Assembly: GCA_000004985.1 (NCBI GenBank)
Contig: GG738845.1
Source of the DNA: Naegleria gruberi
Lineage: Eukaryota
Strand: one strand, 5' to 3'
DNA length: 64,000 nt
Made by a program: the position numbers and the translations under genes. Below the pieces are notes generated by a model, which saw only the letters and a list, made by a program, of their open reading frames with translations, made no database searches and was not told where the DNA came from. Position 1 is the first letter of the stretch; every line of letters starts with the position of its first letter. Positions 36,001-48,000 of the stretch are shown piece after piece.

Positions 36001-39000
36001 NNNNNNNNNNNNNNNNNNNNNNNNNNNNNNNNNNNNNNNNNNNNNNNNNNNNNNNNNNNNNNNNNNNNNNNNNNNNNNNNNNNNNNNNNNNNNNNNNNNN
36101 NNNNNNNNNNNNNNNNNNNNNNNNNNNNNNNNNNNNNNNNNNNNNNNNNNNNNNNNNNNNNNNNNNNNNNNNNNNNNNNNNNNNNNNNNNNNNNNNNNNN
36201 NNNNNNNNNNNNNNNNNNNNNNNNNNNNNNNNNNNNNNNNNNNNNNNNNNNNNNNNNNNNNNNNNNNNNNNNNNNNNNNNNNNNNNNNNNNNNNNNNNNN
36301 NNNNNNNNNNNNNNNNNNNNNNNNNNNNNNNNNNNNNNNNNNNNNNNNNNNNNNNNNNNNNNNNNNNNNNNNNNNNNNNNNNNNNNNNNNNNNNNNNNNN
36401 NNNNNNNNNNNNNNNNNNNNNNNNNNNNNNNNNNNNNNNNNNNNNNNNNNNNNNNNNNNNNNNNNNNNNNNNNNNNNNNNNNNNNNNNNNNNNNNNNNNN
36501 NNNNNNNNNNNNNNNNNNNNNNNNNNNNNNNNNNNNNNNNNNNNNNNNNNNNNNNNNNNNNNNNNNNNNNNNNNNNNNNNNNNNNNNNNNNNNNNNNNNN
36601 NNNNNNNNNNNNNNNNNNNNNNNNNNNNNNNNNNNNNNNNNNNNNNNNNNNNNNNNNNNNNNNNNNNNNNNNNNNNNNNNNNNNNNNNNNNNNNNNNNNN
36701 NNNNNNNNNNNNNNNNNNNNNNNNNNNNNNNNNNNNNNNNNNNNNNNNNNNNNNNNNNNNNNNNNNNNNNNNNNNNNNNNNNNNNNNNNNNNNNNNNNNN
36801 NNNNNNNNNNNNNNNNNNNNNNNNNNNNNNNNNNNNNNNNNNNNNNNNNNNNNNNNNNNNNNNNNNNNNNNNNNNNNNNNNNNNNNNNNNNNNNNNNNNN
36901 NNNNNNNNNNNNNNNNNNNNNNNNNNNNNNNNNNNNNNNNNNNNNNNNNNNNNNNNNNNNNNNNNNNNNNNNNNNNNNNNNNNNNNNNNNNNNNNNNNNN
37001 NNNNNNNNNNNNNNNNNNNNNNNNNNNNNNNNNNNNNNNNNNNNNNNNNNNNNNNNNNNNNNNNNNNNNNNNNNNNNNNNNNNNNNNNNNNNNNNNNNNN
37101 NNNNNNNNNNNNNNNNNNNNNNNNNNNNNNNNNNNNNNNNNNNNNNNNNNNNNNNNNNNNNNNNNNNNNNNNNNNNNNNNNNNNNNNNNNNNNNNNNNNN
37201 NNNNNNNNNNNNNNNNNNNNNNNNNNNNNNNNNNNNNNNNNNNNNNNNNNNNNNNNNNNNNNNNNNNNNNNNNNNNNNNNNNNNNNNNNNNNNNNNNNNN
37301 NNNNNNNNNNNNNNNNNNNNNNNNNNNNNNNNNNNNNNNNNNNNNNNNNNNNNNNNNNNNNNNNNNNNNNNNNNNNNNNNNNNNNNNNNNNNNNNNNNNN
37401 NNNNNNNNNNNNNNNNNNNNNNNNNNNNNNNNNNNNNNNNNNNNNNNNNNNNNNNNNNNNNNNNNNNNNNNNNNNNNNNNNNNNNNNNNNNNNNNNNNNN
37501 NNNNNNNNNNNNNNNNNNNNNNNNNNNNNNNNNNNNNNNNNNNNNNNNNNNNNNNNNNNNNNNNNNNNNNNNNNNNNNNNNNNNNNNNNNNNNNNNNNNN
37601 NNNNNNNNNNNNNNNNNNNNNNNNNNNNNNNNNNNNNNNNNNNNNNNNNNNNNNNNNNNNNNNNNNNNNNNNNNNNNNNNNNNNNNNNNNNNNNNNNNNN
37701 NNNNNNNNNNNNNNNNNNNNNNNNNNNNNNNNNNNNNNNNNNNNNNNNNNNNNNNNNNNNNNNNNNNNNNNNNNNNNNNNNNNNNNNNNNNNNNNNNNNN
37801 NNNNNNNNNNNNNNNNNNNNNNNNNNNNNNNNNNNNNNNNNNNNNNNNNNNNNNNNNNNNNNNNNNNNNNNNNNNNNNNNNNNNNNNNNNNNNNNNNNNN
37901 NNNNNNNNNNNNNNNNNNNNNNNNNNNNNNNNNNNNNNNNNNNNNNNNNNNNNNNNNNNNNNNNNNNNNNNNNNNNNNNNNNNNNNNNNNNNNNNNNNNN
38001 NNNNNNNNNNNNNNNNNNNNNNNNNNNNNNNNNNNNNNNNNNNNNNNNNNNNNNNNNNNNNNNNNNNNNNNNNNNNNNNNNNNNNNNNNNNNNNNNNNNN
38101 NNNNNNNNNNNNNNNNNNNNNNNNNNNNNNNNNNNNNNNNNNNNNNNNNNNNNNNNNNNNNNNNNNNNNNNNNNNNNNNNNNNNNNNNNNNNNNNNNNNN
38201 NNNNNNNNNNNNNNNNNNNNNNNNNNNNNNNNNNNNNNNNNNNNNNNNNNNNNNNNNNNNNNNNNNNNNNNNNNNNNNNNNNNNNNNNNNNNNNNNNNNN
38301 NNNNNNNNNNNNNNNNNNNNNNNNNNNNNNNNNNNNNNNNNNNNNNNNNNNNNNNNNNNNNNNNNNNNNNNNNNNNNNNNNNNNNNNNNNNNNNNNNNNN
38401 NNNNNNNNNNNNNNNNNNNNNNNNNNNNNNNNNNNNNNNNNNNNNNNNNNNNNNNNNNNNNNNNNNNNNNNNNNNNNNNNNNNNNNNNNNNNNNNNNNNN
38501 NNNNNNNNNNNNNNNNNNNNNNNNNNNNNNNNNNNNNNNNNNNNNNNNNNNNNNNNNNNNNNNNNNNNNNNNNNNNNNNNNNNNNNNNNNNNNNNNNNNN
38601 NNNNNNNNNNNNNNNNNNNNNNNNNNNNNNNNNNNNNNNNNNNNNNNNNNNNNNNNNNNNNNNNNNNNNNNNNNNNNNNNNNNNNNNNNNNNNNNNNNNN
38701 NNNNNNNNNNNNNNNNNNNNNNNNNNNNNNNNNNNNNNNNNNNNNNNNNNNNNNNNNNNNNNNNNNNNNNNNNNNNNNNNNNNNNNNNNNNNNNNNNNNN
38801 NNNNNNNNNNNNNNNNNNNNNNNNNNNNNNNNNNNNNNNNNNNNNNNNNNNNNNNNNNNNNNNNNNNNNNNNNNNNNNNNNNNNNNNNNNNNNNNNNNNN
38901 NNNNNNNNNNNNNNNNNNNNNNNNNNNNNNNNNNNNNNNNNNNNNNNNNNNNNNNNNNNNNNNNNNNNNNNNNNNNNNNNNNNNNNNNNNNNNNNNNNNN

Positions 39001-42000
39001 NNNNNNNNNNNNNNNNNNNNNNNNNNNNNNNNNNNNNNNNNNNNNNNNNNNNNNNNNNNNNNNNNNNNNNNNNNNNNNNNNNNNNNNNNNNNNNNNNNNN
39101 NNNNNNNNNNNNNNNNNNNNNNNNNNNNNNNNNNNNNNNNNNNNNNNNNNNNNNNNNNNNNNNNNNNNNNNNNNNNNNNNNNNNNNNNNNNNNNNNNNNN
39201 NNNNNNNNNNNNNNNNNNNNNNNNNNNNNNNNNNNNNNNNNNNNNNNNNNNNNNNNNNNNNNNNNNNNNNNNNNNNNNNNNNNNNNNNNNNNNNNNNNNN
39301 NNNNNNNNNNNNNNNNNNNNNNNNNNNNNNNNNNNNNNNNNNNNNNNNNNNNNNNNNNNNNNNNNNNNNNNNNNNNNNNNNNNNNNNNNNNNNNNNNNNN
39401 NNNNNNNNNNNNNNNNNNNNNNNNNNNNNNNNNNNNNNNNNNNNNNNNNNNNNNNNNNNNNNNNNNNNNNNNNNNNNNNNNNNNNNNNNNNNNNNNNNNN
39501 NNNNNNNNNNNNNNNNNNNNNNNNNNNNNNNNNNNNNNNNNNNNNNNNNNNNNNNNNNNNNNNNNNNNNNNNNNNNNNNNNNNNNNNNNNNNNNNNNNNN
39601 NNNNNNNNNNNNNNNNNNNNNNNNNNNNNNNNNNNNNNNNNNNNNNNNNNNNNNNNNNNNNNNNNNNNNNNNNNNNNNNNNNNNNNNNNNNNNNNNNNNN
39701 NNNNNNNNNNNNNNNNNNNNNNNNNNNNNNNNNNNNNNNNNNNNNNNNNNNNNNNNNNNNNNNNNNNNNNNNNNNNNNNNNNNNNNNNNNNNNNNNNNNN
39801 NNNNNNNNNNNNNNNNNNNNNNNNNNNNNNNNNNNNNNNNNNNNNNNNNNNNNNNNNNNNNNNNNNNNNNNNNNNNNNNNNNNNNNNNNNNNNNNNNNNN
39901 NNNNNNNNNNNNNNNNNNNNNNNNNNNNNNNNNNNNNNNNNNNNNNNNNNNNNNNNNNNNNNNNNNNNNNNNNNNNNNNNNNNNNNNNNNNNNNNNNNNN
40001 NNNNNNNNNNNNNNNNNNNNNNNNNNNNNNNNNNNNNNNNNNNNNNNNNNNNNNNNNNNNNNNNNNNNNNNNNNNNNNNNNNNNNNNNNNNNNNNNNNNN
40101 NNNNNNNNNNNNNNNNNNNNNNNNNNNNNNNNNNNNNNNNNNNNNNNNNNNNNNNNNNNNNNNNNNNNNNNNNNNNNNNNNNNNNNNNNNNNNNNNNNNN
40201 NNNNNNNNNNNNNNNNNNNNNNNNNNNNNNNNNNNNNNNNNNNNNNNNNNNNNNNNNNNNNNNNNNNNNNNNNNNNNNNNNNNNNNNNNNNNNNNNNNNN
40301 NNNNNNNNNNNNNNNNNNNNNNNNNNNNNNNNNNNNNNNNNNNNNNNNNNNNNNNNNNNNNNNNNNNNNNNNNNNNNNNNNNNNNNNNNNNNNNNNNNNN
40401 NNNNNNNNNNNNNNNNNNNNNNNNNNNNNNNNNNNNNNNNNNNNNNNNNNNNNNNNNNNNNNNNNNNNNNNNNNNNNNNNNNNNNNNNNNNNNNNNNNNN
40501 NNNNNNNNNNNNNNNNNNNNNNNNNNNNNNNNNNNNNNNNNNNNNNNNNNNNNNNNNNNNNNNNNNNNNNNNNNNNNNNNNNNNNNNNNNNNNNNNNNNN
40601 NNNNNNNNNNNNNNNNNNNNNNNNNNNNNNNNNNNNNNNNNNNNNNNNNNNNNNNNNNNNNNNNNNNNNNNNNNNNNNNNNNNNNNNNNNNNNNNNNNNN
40701 NNNNNNNNNNNNNNNNNNNNNNNNNNNNNNNNNNNNNNNNNNNNNNNNNNNNNNNNNNNNNNNNNNNNNNNNNNNNNNNNNNNNNNNNNNNNNNNNNNNN
40801 NNNNNNNNNNNNNNNNNNNNNNNNNNNNNNNNNNNNNNNNNNNNNNNNNNNNNNNNNNNNNNNNNNNNNNNNNNNNNNNNNNNNNNNNNNNNNNNNNNNN
40901 NNNNNNNNNNNNNNNNNNNNNNNNNNNNNNNNNNNNNNNNNNNNNNNNNNNNNNNNNNNNNNNNNNNNNNNNNNNNNNNNNNNNNNNNNNNNNNNNNNNN
41001 NNNNNNNNNNNNNNNNNNNNNNNNNNNNNNNNNNNNNNNNNNNNNNNNNNNNNNNNNNNNNNNNNNNNNNNNNNNNNNNNNNNNNNNNNNNNNNNNNNNN
41101 NNNNNNNNNNNNNNNNNNNNNNNNNNNNNNNNNNNNNNNNNNNNNNNNNNNNNNNNNNNNNNNNNNNNNNNNNNNNNNNNNNNNNNNNNNNNNNNNNNNN
41201 NNNNNNNNNNNNNNNNNNNNNNNNNNNNNNNNNNNNNNNNNNNNNNNNNNNNNNNNNNNNNNNNNNNNNNNNNNNNNNNNNNNNNNNNNNNNNNNNNNNN
41301 NNNNNNNNNNNNNNNNNNNNNNNNNNNNNNNNNNNNNNNNNNNNNNNNNNNNNNNNNNNNNNNNNNNNNNNNNNNNNNNNNNNNNNNNNNNNNNNNNNNN
41401 NNNNNNNNNNNNNNNNNNNNNNNNNNNNNNNNNNNNNNNNNNNNNNNNNNNNNNNNNNNNNNNNNNNNNNNNNNNNNNNNNNNNNNNNNNNNNNNNNNNN
41501 NNNNNNNNNNNNNNNNNNNNNNNNNNNNNNNNNNNNNNNNNNNNNNNNNNNNNNNNNNNNNNNNNNNNNNNNNNNNNNNNNNNNNNNNNNNNNNNNNNNN
41601 NNNNNNNNNNNNNNNNNNNNNNNNNNNNNNNNNNNNNNNNNNNNNNNNNNNNNNNNNNNNNNNNNNNNNNNNNNNNNNNNNNNNNNNNNNNNNNNNNNNN
41701 NNNNNNNNNNNNNNNNNNNNNNNNNNNNNNNNNNNNNNNNNNNNNNNNNNNNNNNNNNNNNNNNNNNNNNNNNNNNNNNNNNNNNNNNNNNNNNNNNNNN
41801 NNNNNNNNNNNNNNNNNNNNNNNNNNNNNNNNNNNNNNNNNNNNNNNNNNNNNNNNNNNNNNNNNNNNNNNNNNNNNNNNNNNNNNNNNNNNNNNNNNNN
41901 NNNNNNNNNNNNNNNNNNNNNNNNNNNNNNNNNNNNNNNNNNNNNNNNNNNNNNNNNNNNNNNNNNNNNNNNNNNNNNNNNNNNNNNNNNNNNNNNNNNN

Positions 42001-45000
42001 NNNNNNNNNNNNNNNNNNNNNNNNNNNNNNNNNNNNNNNNNNNNNNNNNNNNNNNNNNNNNNNNNNNNNNNNNNNNNNNNNNNNNNNNNNNNNNNNNNNN
42101 NNNNNNNNNNNNNNNNNNNNNNNNNNNNNNNNNNNNNNNNNNNNNNNNNNNNNNNNNNNNNNNNNNNNNNNNNNNNNNNNNNNNNNNNNNNNNNNNNNNN
42201 NNNNNNNNNNNNNNNNNNNNNNNNNNNNNNNNNNNNNNNNNNNNNNNNNNNNNNNNNNNNNNNNNNNNNNNNNNNNNNNNNNNNNNNNNNNNNNNNNNNN
42301 NNNNNNNNNNNNNNNNNNNNNNNNNNNNNNNNNNNNNNNNNNNNNNNNNNNNNNNNNNNNNNNNNNNNNNNNNNNNNNNNNNNNNNNNNNNNNNNNNNNN
42401 NNNNNNNNNNNNNNNNNNNNNNNNNNNNNNNNNNNNNNNNNNNNNNNNNNNNNNNNNNNNNNNNNNNNNNNNNNNNNNNNNNNNNNNNNNNNNNNNNNNN
42501 NNNNNNNNNNNNNNNNNNNNNNNNNNNNNNNNNNNNNNNNNNNNNNNNNNNNNNNNNNNNNNNNNNNNNNNNNNNNNNNNNNNNNNNNNNNNNNNNNNNN
42601 NNNNNNNNNNNNNNNNNNNNNNNNNNNNNNNNNNNNNNNNNNNNNNNNNNNNNNNNNNNNNNNNNNNNNNNNNNNNNNNNNNNNNNNNNNNNNNNNNNNN
42701 NNNNNNNNNNNNNNNNNNNNNNNNNNNNNNNNNNNNNNNNNNNNNNNNNNNNNNNNNNNNNNNNNNNNNNNNNNNNNNNNNNNNNNNNNNNNNNNNNNNN
42801 NNNNNNNNNNNNNNNNNNNNNNNNNNNNNNNNNNNNNNNNNNNNNNNNNNNNNNNNNNNNNNNNNNNNNNNNNNNNNNNNNNNNNNNNNNNNNNNNNNNN
42901 NNNNNNNNNNNNNNNNNNNNNNNNNNNNNNNNNNNNNNNNNNNNNNNNNNNNNNNNNNNNNNNNNNNNNNNNNNNNNNNNNNNNNNNNNNNNNNNNNNNN
43001 NNNNNNNNNNNNNNNNNNNNNNNNNNNNNNNNNNNNNNNNNNNNNNNNNNNNNNNNNNNNNNNNNNNNNNNNNNNNNNNNNNNNNNNNNNNNNNNNNNNN
43101 NNNNNNNNNNNNNNNNNNNNNNNNNNNNNNNNNNNNNNNNNNNNNNNNNNNNNNNNNNNNNNNNNNNNNNNNNNNNNNNNNNNNNNNNNNNNNNNNNNNN
43201 NNNNNNNNNNNNNNNNNNNNNNNNNNNNNNNNNNNNNNNNNNNNNNNNNNNNNNNNNNNNNNNNNNNNNNNNNNNNNNNNNNNNNNNNNNNNNNNNNNNN
43301 NNNNNNNNNNNNNNNNNNNNNNNNNNNNNNNNNNNNNNNNNNNNNNNNNNNNNNNNNNNNNNNNNNNNNNNNNNNNNNNNNNNNNNNNNNNNNNNNNNNN
43401 NNNNNNNNNNNNNNNNNNNNNNNNNNNNNNNNNNNNNNNNNNNNNNNNNNNNNNNNNNNNNNNNNNNNNNNNNNNNNNNNNNNNNNNNNNNNNNNNNNNN
43501 NNNNNNNNNNNNNNNNNNNNNNNNNNNNNNNNNNNNNNNNNNNNNNNNNNNNNNNNNNNNNNNNNNNNNNNNNNNNNNNNNNNNNNNNNNNNNNNNNNNN
43601 NNNNNNNNNNNNNNNNNNNNNNNNNNNNNNNNNNNNNNNNNNNNNNNNNNNNNNNNNNNNNNNNNNNNNNNNNNNNNNNNNNNNNNNNNNNNNNNNNNNN
43701 NNNNNNNNNNNNNNNNNNNNNNNNNNNNNNNNNNNNNNNNNNNNNNNNNNNNNNNNNNNNNNNNNNNNNNNNNNNNNNNNNNNNNNNNNNNNNNNNNNNN
43801 NNNNNNNNNNNNNNNNNNNNNNNNNNNNNNNNNNNNNNNNNNNNNNNNNNNNNNNNNNNNNNNNNNNNNNNNNNNNNNNNNNNNNNNNNNNNNNNNNNNN
43901 NNNNNNNNNNNNNNNNNNNNNNNNNNNNNNNNNNNNNNNNNNNNNNNNNNNNNNNNNNNNNNNNNNNNNNNNNNNNNNNNNNNNNNNNNNNNNNNNNNNN
44001 NNNNNNNNNNNNNNNNNNNNNNNNNNNNNNNNNNNNNNNNNNNNNNNNNNNNNNNNNNNNNNNNNNNNNNNNNNNNNNNNNNNNNNNNNNNNNNNNNNNN
44101 NNNNNNNNNNNNNNNNNNNNNNNNNNNNNNNNNNNNNNNNNNNNNNNNNNNNNNNNNNNNNNNNNNNNNNNNNNNNNNNNNNNNNNNNNNNNNNNNNNNN
44201 NNNNNNNNNNNNNNNNNNNNNNNNNNNNNNNNNNNNNNNNNNNNNNNNNNNNNNNNNNNNNNNNNNNNNNNNNNNNNNNNNNNNNNNNNNNNNNNNNNNN
44301 NNNNNNNNNNNNNNNNNNNNNNNNNNNNNNNNNNNNNNNNNNNNNNNNNNNNNNNNNNNNNNNNNNNNNNNNNNNNNNNNNNNNNNNNNNNNNNNNNNNN
44401 NNNNNNNNNNNNNNNNNNNNNNNNNNNNNNNNNNNNNNNNNNNNNNNNNNNNNNNNNNNNNNNNNNNNNNNNNNNNNNNNNNNNNNNNNNNNNNNNNNNN
44501 NNNNNNNNNNNNNNNNNNNNNNNNNNNNNNNNNNNNNNNNNNNNNNNNNNNNNNNNNNNNNNNNNNNNNNNNNNNNNNNNNNNNNNNNNNNNNNNNNNNN
44601 NNNNNNNNNNNNNNNNNNNNNNNNNNNNNNNNNNNNNNNNNNNNNNNNNNNNNNNNNNNNNNNNNNNNNNNNNNNNNNNNNNNNNNNNNNNNNNNNNNNN
44701 NNNNNNNNNNNNNNNNNNNNNNNNNNNNNNNNNNNNNNNNNNNNNNNNNNNNNNNNNNNNNNNNNNNNNNNNNNNNNNNNNNNNNNNNNNNNNNNNNNNN
44801 NNNNNNNNNNNNNNNNNNNNNNNNNNNNNNNNNNNNNNNNNNNNNNNNNNNNNNNNNNNNNNNNNNNNNNNNNNNNNNNNNNNNNNNNNNNNNNNNNNNN
44901 NNNNNNNNNNNNNNNNNNNNNNNNNNNNNNNNNNNNNNNNNNNNNNNNNNNNNNNNNNNNNNNNNNNNNNNNNNNNNNNNNNNNNNNNNNNNNNNNNNNN

Positions 45001-48000
45001 NNNNNNNNNNNNNNNNNNNNNNNNNNNNNNNNNNNNNNNNNNNNNNNNNNNNNNNNNNNNNNNNNNNNNNNNNNNNNNNNNNNNNNNNNNNNNNNNNNNN
45101 NNNNNNNNNNNNNNNNNNNNNNNNNNNNNNNNNNNNNNNNNNNNNNNNNNNNNNNNNNNNNNNNNNNNNNNNNNNNNNNNNNNNNNNNNNNNNNNNNNNN
45201 NNNNNNNNNNNNNNNNNNNNNNNNNNNNNNNNNNNNNNNNNNNNNNNNNNNNNNNNNNNNNNNNNNNNNNNNNNNNNNNNNNNNNNNNNNNNNNNNNNNN
45301 NNNNNNNNNNNNNNNNNNNNNNNNNNNNNNNNNNNNNNNNNNNNNNNNNNNNNNNNNNNNNNNNNNNNNNNNNNNNNNNNNNNNNNNNNNNNNNNNNNNN
45401 NNNNNNNNNNNNNNNNNNNNNNNNNNNNNNNNNNNNNNNNNNNNNNNNNNNNNNNNNNNNNNNNNNNNNNNNNNNNNNNNNNNNNNNNNNNNNNNNNNNN
45501 NNNNNNNNNNNNNNNNNNNNNNNNNNNNNNNNNNNNNNNNNNNNNNNNNNNNNNNNNNNNNNNNNNNNNNNNNNNNNNNNNNNNNNNNNNNNNNNNNNNN
45601 NNNNNNNNNNNNNNNNNNNNNNNNNNNNNNNNNNNNNNNNNNNNNNNNNNNNNNNNNNNNNNNNNNNNNNNNNNNNNNNNNNNNNNNNNNNNNNNNNNNN
45701 NNNNNNNNNNNNNNNNNNNNNNNNNNNNNNNNNNNNNNNNNNNNNNNNNNNNNNNNNNNNNNNNNNNNNNNNNNNNNNNNNNNNNNNNNNNNNNNNNNNN
45801 NNNNNNNNNNNNNNNNNNNNNNNNNNNNNNNNNNNNNNNNNNNNNNNNNNNNNNNNNNNNNNNNNNNNNNNNNNNNNNNNNNNNNNNNNNNNNNNNNNNN
45901 NNNNNNNNNNNNNNNNNNNNNNNNNNNNNNNNNNNNNNNNNNNNNNNNNNNNNNNNNNNNNNNNNNNNNNNNNNNNNNNNNNNNNNNNNNNNNNNNNNNN
46001 NNNNNNNNNNNNNNNNNNNNNNNNNNNNNNNNNNNNNNNNNNNNNNNNNNNNNNNNNNNNNNNNNNNNNNNNNNNNNNNNNNNNNNNNNNNNNNNNNNNN
46101 NNNNNNNNNNNNNNNNNNNNNNNNNNNNNNNNNNNNNNNNNNNNNNNNNNNNNNNNNNNNNNNNNNNNNNNNNNNNNNNNNNNNNNNNNNNNNNNNNNNN
46201 NNNNNNNNNNNNNNNNNNNNNNNNNNNNNNNNNNNNNNNNNNNNNNNNNNNNNNNNNNNNNNNNNNNNNNNNNNNNNNNNNNNNNNNNNNNNNNNNNNNN
46301 NNNNNNNNNNNNNNNNNNNNNNNNNNNNNNNNNNNNNNNNNNNNNNNNNNNNNNNNNNNNNNNNNNNNNNNNNNNNNNNNNNNNNNNNNNNNNNNNNNNN
46401 NNNNNNNNNNNNNNNNNNNNNNNNNNNNNNNNNNNNNNNNNNNNNNNNNNNNNNNNNNNNNNNNNNNNNNNNNNNNNNNNNNNNNNNNNNNNNNNNNNNN
46501 NNNNNNNNNNNNNNNNNNNNNNNNNNNNNNNNNNNNNNNNNNNNNNNNNNNNNNNNNNNNNNNNNNNNNNNNNNNNNNNNNNNNNNNNNNNNNNNNNNNN
46601 NNNNNNNNNNNNNNNNNNNNNNNNNNNNNNNNNNNNNNNNNNNNNNNNNNNNNNNNNNNNNNNNNNNNNNNNNNNNNNNNNNNNNNNNNNNNNNNNNNNN
46701 NNNNNNNNNNNNNNNNNNNNNNNNNNNNNNNNNNNNNNNNNNNNNNNNNNNNNNNNNNNNNNNNNNNNNNNNNNNNNNNNNNNNNNNNNNNNNNNNNNNN
46801 NNNNNNNNNNNNNNNNNNNNNNNNNNNNNNNNNNNNNNNNNNNNNNNNNNNNNNNNNNNNNNNNNNNNNNNNNNNNNNNNNNNNNNNNNNNNNNNNNNNN
46901 NNNNNNNNNNNNNNNNNNNNNNNNNNNNNNNNNNNNNNNNNNNNNNNNNNNNNNNNNNNNNNNNNNNNNNNNNNNNNNNNNNNNNNNNNNNNNNNNNNNN
47001 NNNNNNNNNNNNNNNNNNNNNNNNNNNNNNNNNNNNNNNNNNNNNNNNNNNNNNNNNNNNNNNNNNNNNNNNNNNNNNNNNNNNNNNNNNNNNNNNNNNN
47101 NNNNNNNNNNNNNNNNNNNNNNNNNNNNNNNNNNNNNNNNNNNNNNNNNNNNNNNNNNNNNNNNNNNNNNNNNNNNNNNNNNNNNNNNNNNNNNNNNNNN
47201 NNNNNNNNNNNNNNNNNNNNNNNNNNNNNNNNNNNNNNNNNNNNNNNNNNNNNNNNNNNNNNNNNNNNNNNNNNNNNNNNNNNNNNNNNNNNNNNNNNNN
47301 NNNNNNNNNNNNNNNNNNNNNNNNNNNNNNNNNNNNNNNNNNNNNNNNNNNNNNNNNNNNNNNNNNNNNNNNNNNNNNNNNNNNNNNNNNNNNNNNNNNN
47401 NNNNNNNNNNNNNNNNNNNNNNNNNNNNNNNNNNNNNNNNNNNNNNNNNNNNNNNNNNNNNNNNNNNNNNNNNNNNNNNNNNNNNNNNNNNNNNNNNNNN
47501 NNNNNNNNNNNNNNNNNNNNNNNNNNNNNNNNNNNNNNNNNNNNNNNNNNNNNNNNNNNNNNNNNNNNNNNNNNNNNNNNNNNNNNNNNNNNNNNNNNNN
47601 NNNNNNNNNNNNNNNNNNNNNNNNNNNNNNNNNNNNNNNNNNNNNNNNNNNNNNNNNNNNNNNNNNNNNNNNNNNNNNNNNNNNNNNNNNNNNNNNNNNN
47701 NNNNNNNNNNNNNNNNNNNNNNNNNNNNNNNNNNNNNNNNNNNNNNNNNNNNNNNNNNNNNNNNNNNNNNNNNNNNNNNNNNNNNNNNNNNNNNNNNNNN
47801 NNNNNNNNNNNNNNNNNNNNNNNNNNNNNNNNNNNNNNNNNNNNNNNNNNNNNNNNNNNNNNNNNNNNNNNNNNNNNNNNNNNNNNNNNNNNNNNNNNNN
47901 NNNNNNNNNNNNNNNNNNNNNNNNNNNNNNNNNNNNNNNNNNNNNNNNNNNNNNNNNNNNNNNNNNNNNNNNNNNNNNNNNNNNNNNNNNNNNNNNNNNN